Origin: Piromyces finnis finn
Lineage: Eukaryota > Fungi > Neocallimastigomycota
NCBI GenBank assembly: GCA_002104945.1
Contig: MCFH01000001.1
Span: 434,001-498,000, forward strand
Reading direction: 5' to 3'
Length of the DNA: 64,000 bases
Shown: positions 42,863 to 53,388 of the stretch, in pieces
How positions within the stretch are numbered: the first letter of the stretch is position 1
Layout of the letters: the number at the start of each line of letters is the position of its first letter
Notes under the pieces: generated by a model
What the model was told of the DNA's origin: nothing
What the model saw: only the letters and a program-made list of their open reading frames with translations
The model's database searches: none
Translations under genes and position numbers: made by a program

Positions 42863-43421
42863 AGTCGTTCCAGTTTTTATCCTGGTTGTTAAGGCGTTTC
42901 CTTAGCATACATAAGGCTTCTGGTTCGACCCCGCAGATGTCAGTGCCTGTGGATTTTCCCACTGGGTTTGCCATGGGTTGGGTTATGATATTCAGGTAAG
43001 TATAAATGAACTTTCTAATTTACTACTATGATAATAACACTCGTCTAGCCGGCCTGAGAGGGTCTAGTGTACATGGTACATTCCAAATTAGAACTTAATA
43101 AGTGGTGACTTAGGCTATGCCAAAAACACATAATATTCCTTAATCAATTTAAGTGTAAACATTAGGGGGCGGTTGACACGTGATCAAATTGACTATAAGA
43201 GGCTTAGCATTGTAGTTGTGAAATATCGTACAACGACATGCATCTAATGTACATGGATTAAGTGAGCGTCGAAGCTGAAGAAACAGTATGACAGACCAGG
43301 AGGGTCACAACCACCTAGCAATAGGAATGAGCCAACGTTTCTCTAAGAACCACCATTGGAGCTAACTCTGATCGATGGGAGAAATGCACTCGGAAGTTAA
43401 AAAAAAAAAAAAAAAAAAAAA
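42863..43421 (+). mobile_element. tRNA-Ala-derived SINE, copy 2
   Basis: Body 42863-43398 matches copy 1 with no difference found by eye; poly(A); TSD AATCCGTTATCAC (2959-2971, 43422-43434). Confidence 0.85.
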
Positions 43422-43437
43422 AATCCGTTATCACATT

Positions 43438-44577
43438 TGATGCGTTGACCGATATATTTGTGAATAATATAATGTTTTTAATAAATAATAAATACTATAT
43501 TATAATGATGAAACAATAAATTTAAAATAAAATAAAATATGTTTTATAATTAACAAATAAATCACTCAAAACTCGAAAATAAACTCTTAAATCTTTATTA
43601 TATTTTATAATTTATTTATTATCTGTTTATGGTCTTTTTATTCTCTATTTATTGTCCCCCTTTATAAAGAAGAATTTTATCTTCCTTTTATACATTTTCA
43701 TTTATTACATGTATTATTATTTTTAACTATTAAATGTTATTATTACTATTGTTATTATTTATTAAAATTAAAAGAATAAATTAAAATTATGTCTTAGTAT
43801 TATAAAATATTATAGAATATTACTTATTTGATTTTCTTATTACTTCAAAATGTTTAAATTTAGAAAAATTATTATAAATTATCATTGACTATCATTAAAT
43901 GTATAATACCTTGAATAAAATAATTAAAATTTAAAATTAAAATAATATTAAAATAAAATTAAAATGAAATTAAAATATTAAAAGTATCAATTATTATAAA
44001 CACTCATTTTATACAGAAACATAAAAGAGTTCTGTATTTTATCTTTGGAATTGTTATTATTGTTCTATTTCCAGGTTTTAAGTTTATCATTTTAGTAATA
44101 ATTACTCAATTAGTTATTTTTTTTAATTTATAAGTTTAAGAGTATTTCTAAAGAACACTTGGATAAACACTAGAATTAATAATTTGATGTATATCATTTT
44201 ACTTTTAGTTTATTTATTCATTTTTATTTATTTATTATTATTTTATTATTTTAGTACATTATTGGATTAAGTCGTTTTATTTTATTTAATAATTTATTTT
44301 ATTTAATAATTTATTTTATTTAATAATTTATTTTATTTAATAATTTATTTTATTTAATAATTTATTTTATTATTATCACTATTAGGTCGTTTTTACTCAG
44401 AATTTATTATATAATAAAGATAATATTATTTATTTAAAGAAAGGGTTATATTTTCATAAAATTATTATTCATTCATCTTTAAGGGTTATTATTGTTTATT
44501 TTTATTATAAGTTACTATGGGTTAAGTCGTGTTTATTCAGCTAGTTTTTATCATGTTTTTATGTGAGTAGCATATCA
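43438..44577. mobile_element. Putative solo LTR G (1140 bp)
   Basis: TGATGC...GCATATCA termini, exactly filling the gap between CATT (43434-43437) and TATT (44578-44581); contains a 17-bp AT tandem repeat near 44277-44365. No second copy in the window. Confidence 0.55.
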
Positions 44578-44581
44578 TATT

Positions 44582-45205
44582 TGATAAATAATAATTATAA
44601 ATATATTATAAATTTGATATTTGTAGAACGTTTTATTATAAAAATAATTATTAAATAATTTTATATAGTTTAGCATAAAAATATAATTTACATAAAATCA
44701 AATATTTTATAAATTTATATATTTGATTGGGTTAAATTATAAAAATAATTTTTAATATAAAGAATAATAATAATTTTTAGTAGAAAATAGGAAGACTTAA
44801 CATATTAATAAGAAGTTGAATTTTTAATAATAGTTAATATAGTTAGTTAAATAATACATAATAATAATTAAAAGACAAAAATAAGTTTTTATATAATAAA
44901 AATTATTGTTAAAAAAAAGAGTATAAAAACAATAAATAAAAGAAAATATAAAAACGAAATTAAACTTGTCTAGTTTGTAATTATTGTGTTAATAATAAAT
45001 AATATTTTATAGAATAAATCTGGTGTTATTATTCTATATAAATATTATTAAATAATAAAACTATAAATATTATAAAATAAATTAAAATAAATAATAAAAC
45101 AAGTAGATATTGTTAAAGCTCGTACAATAGCTGTCGAGATAAAACAATATAAGGTAACGAATAAGTAGTTTAAAAAGTTGTAGAATAACTACCATTCCGT
45201 TATCA
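44582..45205. mobile_element. Solo LTR A3 (family A)
   Basis: TGATAAATA...TCCGTTATCA; TSD TATT (44578-44581, 45206-45209). Confidence 0.88.
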
Positions 45206-45938
45206 TATTTGTTACGGTTCGAGGAATTTACTTTTATTTATAAAATATTAATAAATTTATTAATACTCAAAAATAATATTAAAATGAAATAAGAAAAATT
45301 GTTTTATTAATAAAATTGTTTTATTAAGATATTAATATAAAATTATAAAATAAAATAAAAATAAAAATAAAAATATCTGTATATTCTCTAATTCTTATAA
45401 TATACACCTTTTTATACTTTTTGTAAAAAATTAAGTAGTGTTAATTAAAAGAATTAGTCTTTAATTATTTACATTAATTTTAGTATTTAAATTACTTTTA
45501 AATGAATAATAAAATTACATTACTATTATAATAAATATTTATACATATTATTAAATTGATTAACATACATTAAAAGTTTACTTTAAATATATTTAACTAA
45601 AGAATTTTACTATTTTACAGAAATATTATTCATAATTTTAATTAATAAAAATTCATTAACTTGATAAATTAAACTAAAAGTTCAATAAACTATAATTTTC
45701 AATATATTATTATTACTAAATTAATTTTTAAGTTTAATAAAATAAAATTTAAGTTCAATAAAAATAATTATTAATAATTTTAAATATAATTTAAGTGTAT
45801 ACATTAATTTACAAATAAGAATATTGTAAAGTTTTCATATATTTAGGAACAATAATGGATTAGGTCATAATCATTAATTATGACAAGAATAACATTATTT
45901 GTTGGTTCCTTAACAAGTGCCCCCACGAAGACTCTTGC

Positions 45939-48900
45939 TTACGCAAAAGCAGAGTTAAACTTTACAATGTTCTTAAGATGAACATTTCGGTTCATCTGAA
46001 TTCCAGTGGATATATCAGCTAAAGTAACCGTATTGAATTGTTTCTTGACAACTTTGAGTGGTCCAACGAAATAAGGCTCTAACTTCGTTCGATTAAAATT
46101 TCTAACTAATACTAGATCACCGATATGGATATTTTTGCCCTTAGTCATACTTTGTTTTTCTTCCCTTCTAGTAGCCCAGTATTTATTCGCATTTTTAATA
46201 TTTTCACAAGCTTCCAACGTCCACCTGTAATGATTAATAAACTTCTCAAGTAAGATTTCATCCGAAGACTGATTAATACCCTTAGTAGGTCTGGCGGCAA
46301 TATCAAAGGGTTGCTGATCTTCTCTTCCATAAACCAATTCAAAGCTAGAATGGTTTGTGACAGTATTTTTAGTAGTTCTGAGCGCCCAAAGAGCAGAAGG
46401 CAAAACTTCATCCCAATCCTTGTTTTCTGTTCCAAGCAGTCTTAGAAGCTTTCCAATTTCTCTGTTTCTATTTTCAGTCAAACCATTACTTTCAGGATGA
46501 TAAGTTGAGACAAACTTGACATAGACATCATATAAGTCCAGGAAAACTTTGGTCATATCTGAGGTAAATTGGACACCGTTATCGGTTGTAATGACTTGTG
46601 GTACTCCATGCCGAGAGAAAACATTGATTAAAAATTTTATGACATCCTTTGAAGTGATATTTTCGGTGGGTTCTGCTTCGACCCATTTTGTGAAATGATC
46701 CACTGCAACTATAATATATTGGTTATTGTTACGAGTTTTTACCAATGGACCAATGATATCTAAACCCAGATGAGTGAAAGGAGCTTCAACCTCAGTTGGA
46801 AGATTTTCCGTAGGTTCTGGATATGGTTGAGGGCGATTAAGTTGGCATTTTTCACATTTGGCTACAACTCTTCGAATATCATTAACCATGTCGTTCCAAT
46901 AATAGCTTTTTCTCAGACGTTGATAAGTTTTATAATATCCTTCATGTCCAATGTTATGAGCTTCCAAAATCAATTTCAGCTTTTCATTGGTTTCCGTGAT
47001 CAGTTTTCGATAATTCCTTCCATCAATAAAGTAATCCACCCCATCTATTTTGGTGAACTTTTCTTCAACAAATTCTTTAATTACCTTAGATAGCATGGTT
47101 TCTTCTATACCTTTATTAATTTTAGTAGCTAACACTTCCTTATCTTTGTCATTTCTCATTCGAGACAGTGCATCTGCTACAACATTCTTTTTACCTTGTT
47201 CATAACGAATATCAACTCCTAGCATACTAGCTGTTAAACACCATCTTGTTTGTCTTGCATTGTTTGGCTCCTTATTTTTAAATAATCCAATTAATGGTTT
47301 ATGATCAGTATAGACGATAGTCTTGAATGGACTTCCCATTATATAAGGCTTTAATTTAGTAATGCAGTAAAATAAGGCAGTCCCTTCCAAGTCAGTAATT
47401 CCATAATTTTTTTCTGCTTTCGTCAGACTTCGGCTAATATAATGAATTGGATGTTCAATATCTGTGCCTTCCTTTTGTAATAATACTCCTCCGATTCCTT
47501 CATACGATGCATCTGTTCGGATTATAAATTCTTTCTCAAAATCAGGGAATTTCAGAATAGGCGCATTAATTAACTTTTCTTTCAATATAATAAAACTCTC
47601 TTGTTGTTCATTACACCATTTGAAAGGAACACCTTTTCTAAGCAGCTTACACAAGGGAGCAGTAAGTTTAGCATAATTAGGAATAAAATCTCTATAATAT
47701 CCAATTGAACCTAGGAATGATCTTAATTCATGGATATTCGAAGGAGGTTTCCAATTTTTTATAGCTTGGATTTTGTTATCTAATGGTTTAAGACCTTCTG
47801 TAGTTAAACGATGGCCTAACACGTCAACTTCAGTTTGCATAAAATGACATTTTTCAATATTGATTTTTAGTTTGTTTTCCCGGAAAATTGCTAAAACTTG
47901 ATTTATATGTTCAATATGTTCTTCAATACTCTTTGAATAGATCAGAATATCATCAATGAAGTTATAAACACACTTTCCAATTAACGGAAACAGAATCCGA
48001 TTCATCTCCCTCTGAAATGTAGCGGGTGCTCCAGTGAGACCAAAAGGCATAACCTTGAATTGGTAATTTCCAAACTTAGTTGTAAAACTTGTCAATTCAA
48101 CGCTTTCTTCATCCATAAGGATTTGATGATAGCCGGAATATAAGTCCATAGTAGTGAATATAGTTGCACCATGTAAACTATCAAATATCTCATCTATAAA
48201 AGGAATTGAATAGGCATCCTTTTCAGACAAATCATTAACTCTTCGATAGTCCACGCACATTCTCCATTTCCCATTATGCTTCGGGACCAAAACCACCGGA
48301 GAAGACCATTCCGAGTACGATGGCTCAATTAGCTTTTTATTAATCAATTTAGACAATTCTTCCTTAAGTATATCAGATTTGAACTTGGCTAACCTATATG
48401 ATCTTTGTTTAATTGGCTTTGCTCCTGGCTTTAAATTAATCTTATGGGGAGTTAAATTCGAAGGTGTTAGTTCTTCAGAAGAAGTAGCAATAATTTCAAT
48501 ATTCTCTTCCAATATCCGAACAATTTGTTCTCGATACTTTTCATTAAGAGTCTCAGTAAAATTTTTATTGTGAATATATTCTGAAGGTGGTAAACCTTCA
48601 ATATTTTTCAAATCACTTTTAAAATCTTCATCACCGACTCTACGTATCATACACATAATCTTTTCTTCATCATCATATTTGTTATTAATTGGAGCAATAT
48701 CTTCAATAAATCCATTTGAATTAAATCTGCAAAGACTATAGCGAAGTGGGTGGATAAATAAGTTGTTATCCATTTGGGTTTTCAAATTAATTAACATATC
48801 ATAAAAGGGGTCTTCTTTATCCACCACTCTAAAATCAGCAGTGATTGTAAGATCATTTATCTGGACCGGTACTCTAATAATTATGCCTTCCGAATAGTCA

Positions 48901-49994
48901 TCATTTTTAGTAGCTAAACGTATTCTTCCACAACTCAATCCAATAGATTCATATTGATGGGGAAGTTTATCTAAATATTTTTTTGTTATAATACTTAAGT
49001 TGCTACAGGAATCAACTAATAATTTACCTGGTACCCCATCAACCGTTGCATCTACCATAGCGATATCTTCTTCTGATACTTCTTTACTTTTGCTTACATA
49101 CGAATGATCTACATTATTTACTAATACCGAAGTAGCATTAAAATTCTCCAGAGCTCCCACAATTTTTGTGTTGTTCTTTTCCAGTTTAAGACCTTGTGAC
49201 ACTTGCGTTCGTAACTTTGGAGCCGAGTTAAGTAATTGACCAAAAGTAATATTGCATTTTGTTTCGTTAAGATCTTTAACTACATTATATTCTTCCGTAT
49301 CTGCTATCATTTGAATATTTCTAGCAGTTTTCTTAACTTTCGATTCTGCAGGTTTTTCTTTCTTTTGCTCTTTCATTAATTTATTTTGAGTTGAATTAGA
49401 AGTAGATTTGGTTGATTCACTTGTGTTATCTTTCTCTACCACCTTAGCACCTTTCTTATCTGTAATTGCAGATAACATTTCTTCTTCATCATAGTCGATA
49501 ATAATAGGATCTTCCTTAGAACTTGCCAATTCATTCTTTTCTTCTTCCTTTTGTTCACTACTACTAGCACGCTCTTTATCCCGAAGTTTTCTTTCTTTTA
49601 GTTTTTGTTCTCTGATATTCGGTTGAGCAATAATAGAAGGATGCAGTTGCTTAGGAGAAACATCTATTGGTATATTTTCTAATTCTTGTGCTTTACGTTT
49701 CCTAAGAGCAGGTGTAAGAATAGGTCTAGGATCATTTTTCAAGTTTTTGTGAAGTCGTTTTTCTTTATTATCATCTTGTTCTTTGCTTATTTTATCCAAC
49801 TTCCTTTTATTAGCACATACAAAGAACTGTTCATTAATATCAGTATCTTCAAAGTCACTTTCGATTCCTTCATCATATTCTTCTTTCGACCAATCACTCT
49901 GGCTTGTTGTTTCTTCACTTGGCATTGACTGATACTGAGCTGAAGCTATTTTATTGACGATGGGAGTGCTTCTTCTCCCACTTAATGATTTAAA
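45939..49994 (-). CDS. Element E Pol (protease, RT, RNaseH, integrase), entered by -1 frameshift
   Basis: LLVDSCS, FIDDILIYS, IRTDAS, GHEG/CEKC, DDE core, YFVGPLK; no chromodomain. First ATG at 49925. Confidence 0.93.
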   Translation of the reverse strand, partial: FKSLSGRRSTPIVNKIASAQYQSMPSEETTSQSDWSKEEYDEGIESDFEDTDINEQFFVCANKRKLDKISKEQDDNKEKRLHKNLKNDPRPILTPALRKRKAQELENIPIDVSPKQLHPSIIAQPNIREQKLKERKLRDKERASSSEQKEEEKNELASSKEDPIIIDYDEEEMLSAITDKKGAKVVEKDNTSESTKSTSNSTQNKLMKEQKKEKPAESKVKKTARNIQMIADTEEYNVVKDLNETKCNITFGQLLNSAPKLRTQVSQGLKLEKNNTKIVGALENFNATSVLVNNVDHSYVSKSKEVSEEDIAMVDATVDGVPGKLLVDSCSNLSIITKKYLDKLPHQYESIGLSCGRIRLATKNDDYSEGIIIRVPVQINDLTITADFRVVDKEDPFYDMLINLKTQMDNNLFIHPLRYSLCRFNSNGFIEDIAPINNKYDDEEKIMCMIRRVGDEDFKSDLKNIEGLPPSEYIHNKNFTETLNEKYREQIVRILEENIEIIATSSEELTPSNLTPHKINLKPGAKPIKQRSYRLAKFKSDILKEELSKLINKKLIEPSYSEWSSPVVLVPKHNGKWRMCVDYRRVNDLSEKDAYSIPFIDEIFDSLHGATIFTTMDLYSGYHQILMDEESVELTSFTTKFGNYQFKVMPFGLTGAPATFQREMNRILFPLIGKCVYNFIDDILIYSKSIEEHIEHINQVLAIFRENKLKINIEKCHFMQTEVDVLGHRLTTEGLKPLDNKIQAIKNWKPPSNIHELRSFLGSIGYYRDFIPNYAKLTAPLCKLLRKGVPFKWCNEQQESFIILKEKLINAPILKFPDFEKEFIIRTDASYEGIGGVLLQKEGTDIEHPIHYISRSLTKAEKNYGITDLEGTALFYCITKLKPYIMGSPFKTIVYTDHKPLIGLFKNKEPNNARQTRWCLTASMLGVDIRYEQGKKNVVADALSRMRNDKDKEVLATKINKGIEETMLSKVIKEFVEEKFTKIDGVDYFIDGRNYRKLITETNEKLKLILEAHNIGHEGYYKTYQRLRKSYYWNDMVNDIRRVVAKCEKCQLNRPQPYPEPTENLPTEVEAPFTHLGLDIIGPLVKTRNNNQYIIVAVDHFTKWVEAEPTENITSKDVIKFLINVFSRHGVPQVITTDNGVQFTSDMTKVFLDLYDVYVKFVSTYHPESNGLTENRNREIGKLLRLLGTENKDWDEVLPSALWALRTTKNTVTNHSSFELVYGREDQQPFDIAARPTKGINQSSDEILLEKFINHYRWTLEACENIKNANKYWATRREEKQSMTKGKNIHIGDLVLVRNFNRTKLEPYFVGPLKVVKKQFNTVTLADISTGIQMNRNVHLKNIVKFNSAFA
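49961..49994 (-). promoter_or_regulatory. -1 programmed ribosomal frameshift signal, element E
   Basis: Slippery T TTA AAT in gag phase, 7-nt spacer, hairpin TGGGAG-8nt-CTCCCA; the -1 frame is open into MPSEE. Confidence 0.8.
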
Positions 49995-50863
49995 TGATTA
50001 TCATAATAACGCTTCTTGTTTCCTTCAATAATGGCTTGAAGTTTTGGGCAATTTTGTTGATAATGACCAGGTTCACTACAGAAGAAGCAAGCTTTAATAG
50101 TTAAATTCTTCATTTTCTTGACTAGGTTATTCATTTCATCATCTTTATTAGGCTTTTTGGCTTCAGTAAAAGAAACTTTTCTCTTGTATGGTTGAAAATT
50201 ATTATAACTTTTGGTTATTGCAGTAGTCGTTGGTAGATTACCATCATTATCTATTCTAGTAGATAACCTATCTACCTTCTCAGCTATCTTAAAGGCCTTT
50301 TCTAGAGTGATATCATCTTTTAAAGATACTTTTCTCCATGCTTCTTTATTATTTTGTAAAGAATCTGCATAATCTAACACACTAATCTGCTTCTTCTTTT
50401 TCTTATCCAACTTTAAATATAAAGATCTATATCTTCTATTGAAATCTTTAACTGATTCATTTCTTCTTATACGTAGTCTTCTTAGTTCCCGTAATAACAT
50501 ACTTTGATCTTCTTTTAACCCATAAAATGTTTCAAGGGCATTGATAATTTTCCCAAGTGAGGGATAATCTTCTTCATTAGATTCATTTTTCTGATTCTCT
50601 TCTTCATTTTCACTTTCATATTCATCTTCACTATCACTGTCTTTATCTTCCAACTCTTGGATTACCTTTCTTGGTTCACCCTTAGAAGTAAGCACACATG
50701 CCATGTAAATTTTCTTGGCACTAGTGATATCTTGAAGTTCAATCCATAAACTTATTTCAGAAGCCCAGGATCTTATGTCCAAATTATCTTTGGAAAGTTT
50801 TTCTATATCCTTGAGTTCCTTCTTCAACTCCTTGAAATCTATCCTTGTAGTAGAATTGCTCAT
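49982..50863 (-). CDS. Element E Gag (CCHC)
   Basis: CFFCSEPGHYQQNC. First ATG at 50863 (MSNSTTR); the track start at 50923 is TTG. Confidence 0.88.
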   Translation of the reverse strand: MSNSTTRIDFKELKKELKDIEKLSKDNLDIRSWASEISLWIELQDITSAKKIYMACVLTSKGEPRKVIQELEDKDSDSEDEYESENEEENQKNESNEEDYPSLGKIINALETFYGLKEDQSMLLRELRRLRIRRNESVKDFNRRYRSLYLKLDKKKKKQISVLDYADSLQNNKEAWRKVSLKDDITLEKAFKIAEKVDRLSTRIDNDGNLPTTTAITKSYNNFQPYKRKVSFTEAKKPNKDDEMNNLVKKMKNLTIKACFFCSEPGHYQQNCPKLQAIIEGNKKRYYDNHLNH

Positions 50864-51246
50864 TTTCTTGTATTTTCCTTGACCGAATTTATTGCAGTAC
50901 AAGATGACACAGTATAGACTCAAAAATACCTTTGATAGTCTAAAAAAAAATTATAAGTTCGAAATTCCTTTATCGACCACTTATTAGTTGTAACCAAGCT
51001 CGAAATTCCTTTATCGACCACTTGACAGAATGAGATACAAATAATCTAGCACAGCACGTACTACCAATTATTTATTTAAATTTTTAGTATCACTCCTTAC
51101 TATCTTAGTTCAGTCAGAAAAGATGAAATTATTACTTTTGTTTTCTGTTTTTCTTATAGTTAATTATTATTTGTTTTCAATTTACTAGCAAGAATTTTAA
51201 TTTAATATTGTTATTACTGATTCAAGTTACCGACCAAATTATATAT

Positions 51247-51390
51247 AATAGACTATTAACTAAGAGTCTTTCGTCCAATGGTAAATGTTGCCGTCACCTT
51301 ATTCACACGATCTAAGTTCCGTCACGTGCTTCAGGATCTTTCTACCACCCCTAGTATACCTCTGTTGATTAGTTAATAAGGCTTGTCTAT
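51247..51390 (-). ncRNA. Candidate structured RNA element in the element E 5' UTR (homolog of 25833-25977)
   Basis: Covarying helices with the element 3 copy; invariant loop TGACGGAACTTAGAT. Confidence 0.6.
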
Positions 51391-52376
51391 GCTGATATAA
51401 CTTGTTTAACTTAAAACAGTAAGAAAAGAATATTTCAATTAGCAATATTAAATTACTCGAAGAGAATCAACAAAAAGAATAGATATATATATCTATATTT
51501 TTTTTTTTTTTTTTTTTTAATTAATTATTTTTTAAAAACTTATTTCTTTTTATAAAAATATAAGCCAACCTATATAATGTTAAACCATCAAGTATTATAG
51601 GTTGTGTAATTCTAAGTGAAAATCCCTCGTAGCTCTTTGATGATAAGCCACAAATATACCCGATGGTTAATATTAAATATAATTTAATAAAAGGAAGTAA
51701 CGTAATTAATTTCTTTATTATCACTAACTTAATTAGCGGAAAGAAAATAATTGATTATCTTCCCCAATTATCAGGTATAATTGAACACCAAAGTATTACG
51801 TACAGCAGTTTAACTTGCCACGCTAAGGGTCACTTTCGAATTATTTATTTATATTTTAAAAAGAATAATTTTTAAAAATCGTTCAATTAAAAAAAAAATA
51901 TTTTTTTTTTTTTTTTTAAAAAAAATTATAAATACTAAAATAATATTTAATTTATTAAAAATTTGAATTACAATAATAAGTATAGTAGAACAGCATTTCA
52001 CAGCAATTTTCCAATACTTATTTAGGGTGTTTAAGTAGTTCACAATTGCCCAGCTTACCGTATTACCAGTGTCATGTAGCAATTATGCGAGGCACTTCTA
52101 TTTCTCTAGCAAAATAGAAAGGTTCAGCGCTTTCCAGTATCCTACTGTGAAAGATAAACTAGACCTAAAAACTTAACCACTAATTCCTAAATAAGTACTG
52201 CTTCTAAAGCGTACTAATTCAGTTCTACTAAAATATTATACCTTAAAGCTTCAACAGTAATATAAATATTACCTATAACTTTGAAGGGTAATAAATTTTT
52301 AAGAAATTTATATAATATTTTAGTAATATTTTAATATTACTTTATCCTATGTATTAATAATTTTTATTAATATTAT

Positions 52377-52394
52377 TCCCCGATATCTCCACCA
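52377..52394 (-). promoter_or_regulatory. Primer-binding site complementary to a tRNA-Ala 3' end (element E)
   Basis: Sense TGGTGGAGATATCGGGGA, 7 nt from the LTR. Confidence 0.8.
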
Positions 52395-53123
52395 ATTTTT
52401 ATGTTACGGTTCGAGGAATTTACTTTTATTTATAAAATATTAATAAATTTATTAATACTCAAAAATAATATTAAAATGAAATAAGAAAAATTGTTTTATT
52501 AATAAAATTGTTTTATTAAGATATTAATATAAAATTATAAAATAAAATAAAAATAAAAATAAAAATATCTGTATATTCTCTAATTCTTATAATATACACC
52601 TTTTTATACTTTTTGTAAAAAATTAAGTAGTGTTAATTAAAAGAATTAGTCTTTAATTATTTACATTAATTTTAGTATTTAAATTACTTTTAAATGAATA
52701 ATAAAATTACATTACTATTATAATAAATATTTATACATATTATTAAATTGATTAACATACATTAAAAGTTTACTTTAAATATATTTAACTAAAGAATTTT
52801 ACTATTTTACAGAAATATTATTCATAATTTTAATTAATAAAAATTCATTAACTTGATAAATTAAACTAAAAGTTCAATAAACTATAATTTTCAATATATT
52901 ATTATTACTAAATTAATTTTTAAGTTTAATAAAATAAAATTTAAGTTCAATAAAAATAATTATTAATAATTTTAAATATAATTTAAGTGTATACATTAAT
53001 TTACAAATAAGAATATTGTAAAGTTTTCATATATTTAGGAACAATAATGGATTAGGTCATAATCATTAATTATGACAAGAATAACATTATTTGTTGGTTC
53101 CTTAACATATTAAAAATTATTAA

Positions 53124-53197
53124 GCTCGCGTAGCCTAATTGGATAGGGCGTCAGACTTCTAATCTGAAGATTGCGGGTTCGAGTCCCGCCGTGAGTG
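53124..53197 (+). tRNA. tRNA-Arg(UCU), intronless
   Basis: Cloverleaf: acceptor GCTCGCG/CGTGAGT, anticodon arm TCAGA-CTTCTAA-TCTGA, T arm GCGGG-TTCGAGT-CCCGC. Confidence 0.97.
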
Positions 53198-53388
53198 TTA
53201 AAATTTTAAAAATAAAGATTATAAAATAATATTTTGTTATAATTTTAATGTAGAAAAATAAAGTAATTCAATATTAATATATATAAGAAATAATAAAAAA
53301 AATAAAATAATAATAAATAAGAAAATATATTATTTGGATAAAAAAAAAATAATTATTAAAATTATATTTTATATAAAAGTTTTTAAAA

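Larger units (their letters stand above)
45210..53107 (-). mobile_element. Intact non-chromodomain Ty3/Gypsy element E, 16 nt upstream of tRNA-Arg
   Basis: 706-bp LTRs 45210-45915 and 52402-53107, no difference found by eye; TSD TATT (45206-45209, 53108-53111); tRNA-Ala PBS 52377-52394; G-rich PPT next to 45916. Confidence 0.96.

Noticed and set aside
4800-49928. Numerous 60-150-aa ORFs overlapping gag/pol on the opposite strand or in other frames
   Set aside because: Shadow ORFs of the retroelement coding regions; no motifs.
50959-51023. 24-bp direct repeat upstream of element E gag
   Set aside because: A single local duplication with no counterpart in D; no functional evidence.
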